From Hymenobacter sp. (GTDB lineage: Bacteria; Bacteroidota; Bacteroidia; Cytophagales; Hymenobacteraceae), in the NCBI GenBank assembly GCA_031428075.1, contig JANPOR010000554.1:1-39574 (forward strand): a stretch of DNA of 39,574 nucleotides, in the 5' to 3' direction. The notes under the pieces were generated by a model, which was not told where the DNA came from, did no database searches, and saw nothing but the letters and a program-made list of their open reading frames with translations. Shown in pieces: positions 34,765 to 39,574 of the stretch; positions within the stretch are counted from its first letter, which is position 1; every line of letters starts with the position of its first letter. The position numbers were made by a program, and so were the translations under genes.

Positions 34765-34789
34765 ACTTAGTTATATGTGTAGCGCTTTG

Positions 34790-35170
34790 CTACTTATTGT
34801 TTTTCCTTAAAGTGTCGGTCTTAAATACATCACTTCCATTTTCGCAGCAGATTTCAATCAAGATATTTATTTTCTTTTTCTTAATTAGGTAAGCGGCATT
34901 TCCTTTCGTTTTCACCAAAGTATCACCAACATCCATGCGCGCTTTGACCCAAATATAAAAACTATCCAGGTCATCAGAAACAACCTTTTTATGGGATATG
35001 GGATCAAATCCTGTGATTATAAAGTAATTGCCTTCTGGCCCCTTGTCCGTAACGACTTCGACTACCTCTTTATTAAAGAACCGCTTTTTATATGCCTCAC
35101 ACGGAAGTACTTCTTGGCAAGAAGTCATGAGCACGGCCGCTGTTGATACAAACATGGAATTGATTCGCAC
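34790..35170 (-). CDS. Low-GC hypothetical lipoprotein
   Basis: AT-rich ORF with lipobox LMTSC; start could be GTG 35170 or ATG 35155. Confidence 0.6.
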   Translation of the reverse strand: MRINSMFVSTAAVLMTSCQEVLPCEAYKKRFFNKEVVEVVTDKGPEGNYFIITGFDPISHKKVVSDDLDSFYIWVKARMDVGDTLVKTKGNAAYLIKKKKINILIEICCENGSDVFKTDTLRKNNK

Positions 35171-35232
35171 ACAGTTTTGAATGGAACACGCCTGAATAAA
35201 TTTGGAGATATCGGCCGTCCACGATGCAAATG

Positions 35233-36264
35233 TCACTTTTTGTCCCTGCTACCCGTCGTTGCCGAGCTGCTACCCAGAATCTGAAACAGCTCGTCGAGCT
35301 TGGGCGTGAGAATGATTTCCGTGCGGCGGTTCAGGGCCTTGTTCGGGGCCGTGTCGTTGGGGGCCACGGGCACGTACTGGCTGCGGCCCGACGCCGTGAT
35401 GCGGGCCGGGGCCACGCCGGAAGCGGTGAGCAGGCGGGTAATGTCGGTGGCGCGCAGCGCGCTTAAGTCCCAGTTGTCGGTGATGCCGGCGGTGCCGCGC
35501 AGGATGGGCACGCTGTCGGTATGGCCTTCCACTACCACGTTCACGTCGGGTTGCACTTGCAGCACGGTGGCCAGTTTTTTCAGGGCCTCTTGGCCCTTGG
35601 GGTCTACTTTGGTAGAGCCGGACTTGAACAGCAGCTGCTCGGAGAGTGACACATATACCTTGCCGTCTTTGAGCTTCACCTGCAAGTCGTTGGCGTTGAA
35701 GCTGAGCAAGGCCTTGCTCACGCGGGCCTTGAGGTCGTTCACGGCTTTGTCTTTGTCGGCCAGGGCCTGGGTGAGCTCGGCCAGCCGCGCTCCGCGGGTC
35801 TGGAGGTCGGCGGCGAGGCGGTCGTTGTCGGCCTTGCTCTTGCGCAGGCTGGCGTCGAGGGCCCCCAGTTCGGCTTCGCGGCGGGCCAGATCCTGGGCCA
35901 CCTTGTTGTAATCCGACGACCTGTTGGCCAGCTCTTGGCCGCTGTTTCTAAGCAGGCGGTCGTAGCTCTCGTTCAGGTCGTGGTTGAGGCCCCGGGCTCT
36001 GCGCAGGGACGCGCCGGTGGCCAGCGAGTCATCTTCGAGGCGTTTGTTTTCGAGGCGCAGCTGGGCCAGGGTGTCGGTGGCCTTTTGCAGCTCGGCGGTG
36101 GCGGCGCGGTACTGGCGCTCGGCTTCGGTTTTGCCCTGGGCATCGGCCGACTGGCGGGCTTGGAGGTCGTCGTATTTCTTGGCAGCCACGCAGCCCGGCA
36201 GAGCAGGGGCGGCCAGCAAGCCCAGGCCGAGCAAGGCTGGGGTGAAGTTTTTTAAGCGCATCAT
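35233..36264 (-). CDS. OmpA/MotB-domain lipoprotein with long coiled coil
   Basis: Lipobox LPGC then VAAKKY; coiled coil; LLFKSGS, VEGHTD, NWDLSALRA, NRRTEI. Confidence 0.9.
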   Translation of the reverse strand: MMRLKNFTPALLGLGLLAAPALPGCVAAKKYDDLQARQSADAQGKTEAERQYRAATAELQKATDTLAQLRLENKRLEDDSLATGASLRRARGLNHDLNESYDRLLRNSGQELANRSSDYNKVAQDLARREAELGALDASLRKSKADNDRLAADLQTRGARLAELTQALADKDKAVNDLKARVSKALLSFNANDLQVKLKDGKVYVSLSEQLLFKSGSTKVDPKGQEALKKLATVLQVQPDVNVVVEGHTDSVPILRGTAGITDNWDLSALRATDITRLLTASGVAPARITASGRSQYVPVAPNDTAPNKALNRRTEIILTPKLDELFQILGSSSATTGSRDKK

Positions 36265-36486
36265 GGTGGCAGAAAATCCGTGGCGGGCGTTTTCAGCCGA
36301 GCGGCCGCAACGCCGGGGCAAGGTAGCGCCGGGGCCGCGCCCAGTGGGCCAGCGCCTTTCGTTCGGGTCGGTTTTCGTACAGTTGCCAGCTCACTCAATC
36401 TTCCCCGACCTGCGGCCTGTTTTCTGGCTACGCGCGCCGGTTGCAGGGGTCCTGTGTACCCGTCGGTCCCTCTGCTGCCGATGGCG

Positions 36487-36494
36487 TATTTTTG
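36487..36494 (+). promoter_or_regulatory. Bacteroidota -7 promoter element for accD
   Basis: TATTTTTG ~65 nt upstream of the ATG at 36558. Confidence 0.6.
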
Positions 36495-36557
36495 CCTTCC
36501 AGTATTACTCTATCAAAGCTTGCGGCTCGCCGCTCAAAGCTTGCAGCTCCCGAAAAA

Positions 36558-37475
<918 letters not shown>

Positions 37476-37584
37476 AGGCCTAATAGGCAGTTCGGCACGC
37501 TTCTTGAAAAACCTGCTCCTAGCTCCGGCGCAAGTTTTTCCGTACAATGCGGCAATTTCGATTCTTCACTAATTGTTTTTTCAC

Positions 37585-38328
37585 ATGACCACTCCCAAAT
37601 CCCTGCTCTCAATTTTCATGGCCTGCGTGCTGCTGTTCAGCTCGTGTGCCTCGACGCGCCAGCCGGCTAGCCAGCCCGACCTGTCGAGCAACAACGGCAC
37701 CGGCGCGCGCAAAAGCGGTATGAACAAAACTACCAAGGGCGGCTTGCTCGGGGCCGGAGGCGGCGCGGTGGCCGGCGCTTTCCTCGGTGGGATGCTGGGC
37801 GGCGGCCGGGGCCCGGCTATCGGTGCCATCTTGGGGGCTGCGGCTGGCGGCACCACGGGGGTCCTCATCGGCCGCAAAATGGACCGGCAGGCCGCTGACT
37901 TACAGCGCGACATGCAAAACGCTAAAGTAGAGCGCGTGGGCGAAGGCATCAAAATCACCTTCGACTCAGGCATTCTGTTCGATACCAACTCGGCTACGCT
38001 GCGGCCCGCCTCGCAGGCCGACATCACAAAGATGTCCGCCACGCTCCAGAAGTACCCCGACACCAACGTGCTGGTGGAAGGCCACACCGACAACACCGGT
38101 ACCGACGCCATCAACCTGCCGCTGAGCGAGCGGCGCGCCCAAGCCGTGGCCGATGCCACCGTTGCACAAGGCGTGTCGAGCAGCCGCATCACCACCAAGG
38201 GCCTCGGCTCGTCGGACTCCGTGGGCGATAACTCGACCACAGAAGGCAAACAGGCCAATCGCCGCGTAGAAATCGCCATTTTCGCCAACGAGAAAATGAA
38301 GAAAGCGGCCGAAAAAGGCACTCTGTAA
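37585..38328 (+). CDS. OmpA-family lipoprotein with glycine zipper
   Basis: Lipobox FSSC; Gly-zipper; VERVGEGIKITFDSGILF, VEGHTD, LSERRAQAV, NRRVEI. Confidence 0.92.
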   Translation: MTTPKSLLSIFMACVLLFSSCASTRQPASQPDLSSNNGTGARKSGMNKTTKGGLLGAGGGAVAGAFLGGMLGGGRGPAIGAILGAAAGGTTGVLIGRKMDRQAADLQRDMQNAKVERVGEGIKITFDSGILFDTNSATLRPASQADITKMSATLQKYPDTNVLVEGHTDNTGTDAINLPLSERRAQAVADATVAQGVSSSRITTKGLGSSDSVGDNSTTEGKQANRRVEIAIFANEKMKKAAEKGTL

Positions 38329-38395
38329 ATTCCGGCCTTGGATACAGTGGTTCCGCCGGGTTACGTAAATTTTGTAGACGGTAAGCGCATTACGA

Positions 38396-38430
38396 ACAAA
38401 AAGGCCGCCCCATGGGGCGGCCTTTTTTGT
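38396..38430 (+). terminator. Intrinsic terminator
   Basis: ACAAAAAGGCCGCCCC-AT-GGGGCGGCCTTTTTTGT. Confidence 0.85.
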
Positions 38431-38530
38431 GGTTAGGTGCGTTGAATCCGAGTTGGCAACAACTTCCACGGACGGGCTTGCGTTATAACCGTTAAATTAG
38501 AATACTTCCGTCTTCAACGCATCTTTTGTT

Positions 38531-38806
38531 ATGAAAACGCTCAAAACAGCATTCGTTTTTCTGTTGGTGTTCTTCGTGTTGGCCGCATCGGCGGCCCGGG
38601 CCCAGGACCACCGCAAAGGCTGGAGCCGCAAGGCCAAAGGCGCCGCCATCGGCGGCGGGGCTGGGGCCGTGACCGGGGCCATACTCGGCGGTGGCAAAGG
38701 GGCCGTGATTGGCGCGGCAGCCGGTGTGGTGGGTGGCGGACTGATCGGCCGAAACCAAGACAAGAAAAAAGACCCGGCCCGCTACAACGCCTATCACAAA
38801 AAATAG
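38531..38806 (+). CDS. Small secreted glycine-zipper (YMGG-like) protein
   Basis: Signal peptide ending ARA-Q; KAKGAAIGGGAGAVTGAILGG-KGAVIGAAAG...LIGR. Confidence 0.85.
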   Translation: MKTLKTAFVFLLVFFVLAASAARAQDHRKGWSRKAKGAAIGGGAGAVTGAILGGGKGAVIGAAAGVVGGGLIGRNQDKKKDPARYNAYHKK

Positions 38807-39010
38807 CCAGTTCATCAGTTTATATCTAAAAAAACTATTTTGCTGCACAGCAAGACGGTTTTTTTGTGATTCACGCGCCCCAGTGGACGCACCTGACAGT
38901 TTTTGGCAAGATGGTTGCCAACGATGAGTTTGCTGGCTCTCTGGGGCCGTTGTTTATTAAACGGACAGGGCGTTACTTTTTCTTGCCATCACTTACTTTT
39001 TATCTTACCC

Positions 39011-39574
39011 ATGCAACACCTTCGTTCTTCTTTCACGTTTTTTCTGGCACTGCTGCTGTTGGTAGGTCATTTTGGGCAGGCCCAAACCAGCACCGTTTCT
39101 ACCGCTAAGCCGAAAGGCATGAGCAAAGCCCTCAAGGGCGGCATCATCGGCGGCCTGGGCGGGGCGGCGGGCGGGGCCCTGTTGGGCCGCGTCATCGGCG
39201 GCAAGTCGGGCACGGCCAAGGGGGCCATCCTGGGGGCCGTGGTGGGTGGCGGAGCCGGCGCGCTCATCGGCCGCAAGATGGATAAACAAGCTGCTGAGCT
39301 GCGCCGCGACCTCGAAGGCGCTACTGTGGAGCGCGTGGGCGAAGGCATCAAAATTACTTTCGCCTCGGGCATTCTGTTTGCTACTAATTCGGCCACGCTG
39401 ACGTCCGACGCTGCCGGCAATATTGCCCAGCTGGCCACTACGCTGAAGAAATATGCCGATACCAGCGTGGTCGTTGAAGGCCATACCGACAGCTCGGGCT
39501 CCAACGCCATCAACCAGCCCCTGAGCCAGCGCCGCGCTCAAGCTGTGACTAACACCATCACCGGCGAAGGCGTG
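39011..39574 (+). CDS. Second glycine-zipper OmpA-family protein (runs off the window end)
   Basis: MQHLRSSFTFFLALLLLVGHFGQAQ..., Gly-zipper, IGRKMDKQAA, VERVGEGIKITFASGILF, VEGHTD, LSQRRAQAV; open to 39574. Confidence 0.9.
   Translation, partial: MQHLRSSFTFFLALLLLVGHFGQAQTSTVSTAKPKGMSKALKGGIIGGLGGAAGGALLGRVIGGKSGTAKGAILGAVVGGGAGALIGRKMDKQAAELRRDLEGATVERVGEGIKITFASGILFATNSATLTSDAAGNIAQLATTLKKYADTSVVVEGHTDSSGSNAINQPLSQRRAQAVTNTITGEGV

Noticed and set aside
35233-36264. Second MotB as part of the motor system
   Set aside because: It is a lipoprotein without the TM Asp helix, 9 kb away on the other strand, and a common Bacteroidota OmpA/MotB protein.

Overview
High-GC Bacteroidota chromosomal window, most consistent with Hymenobacter. 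The evidence is gldH, a T9SS C-terminal domain protein, a PID-CTERM protein, TAnnTTTG promoters and lipoprotein/Q-rule signal peptides. Most of the window is ordinary: gldH, AraC regulator, DUF3494 ice-binding adhesin, cold-shock protein, DinB, alpha-2-macroglobulin, ferredoxin and ferredoxin-NADP reductase, tRNA-Arg(ACG), a VTT/DedA protein, cystathionine gamma-synthase, a decayed MDMPI-like gene, SGNH hydrolase, TonB-dependent receptor, OmpA/MotB proteins and accD. The standout is a co-oriented, tightly packed 7-gene locus at 16259-26394. It encodes a vWA-like lipoprotein, a 3-TM protein, a divergent tubulin/FtsZ-like GTPase, a 1194-aa actin/Hsp70-fold ATPase, a single-pass membrane protein with a possible GrpE-like C-terminal domain, and a ZorA-like (MotA fold + ~310-aa helical tail) / ZorB-like (MotB Asp + OmpA domain) ion-motor pair. 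No recognisable Zorya ZorC/D/E effector is present. This looks like a candidate envelope-sensing, motor-coupled cytoskeletal (defence or membrane-remodelling) system. All family calls are by motif recognition only; no database searches were run.
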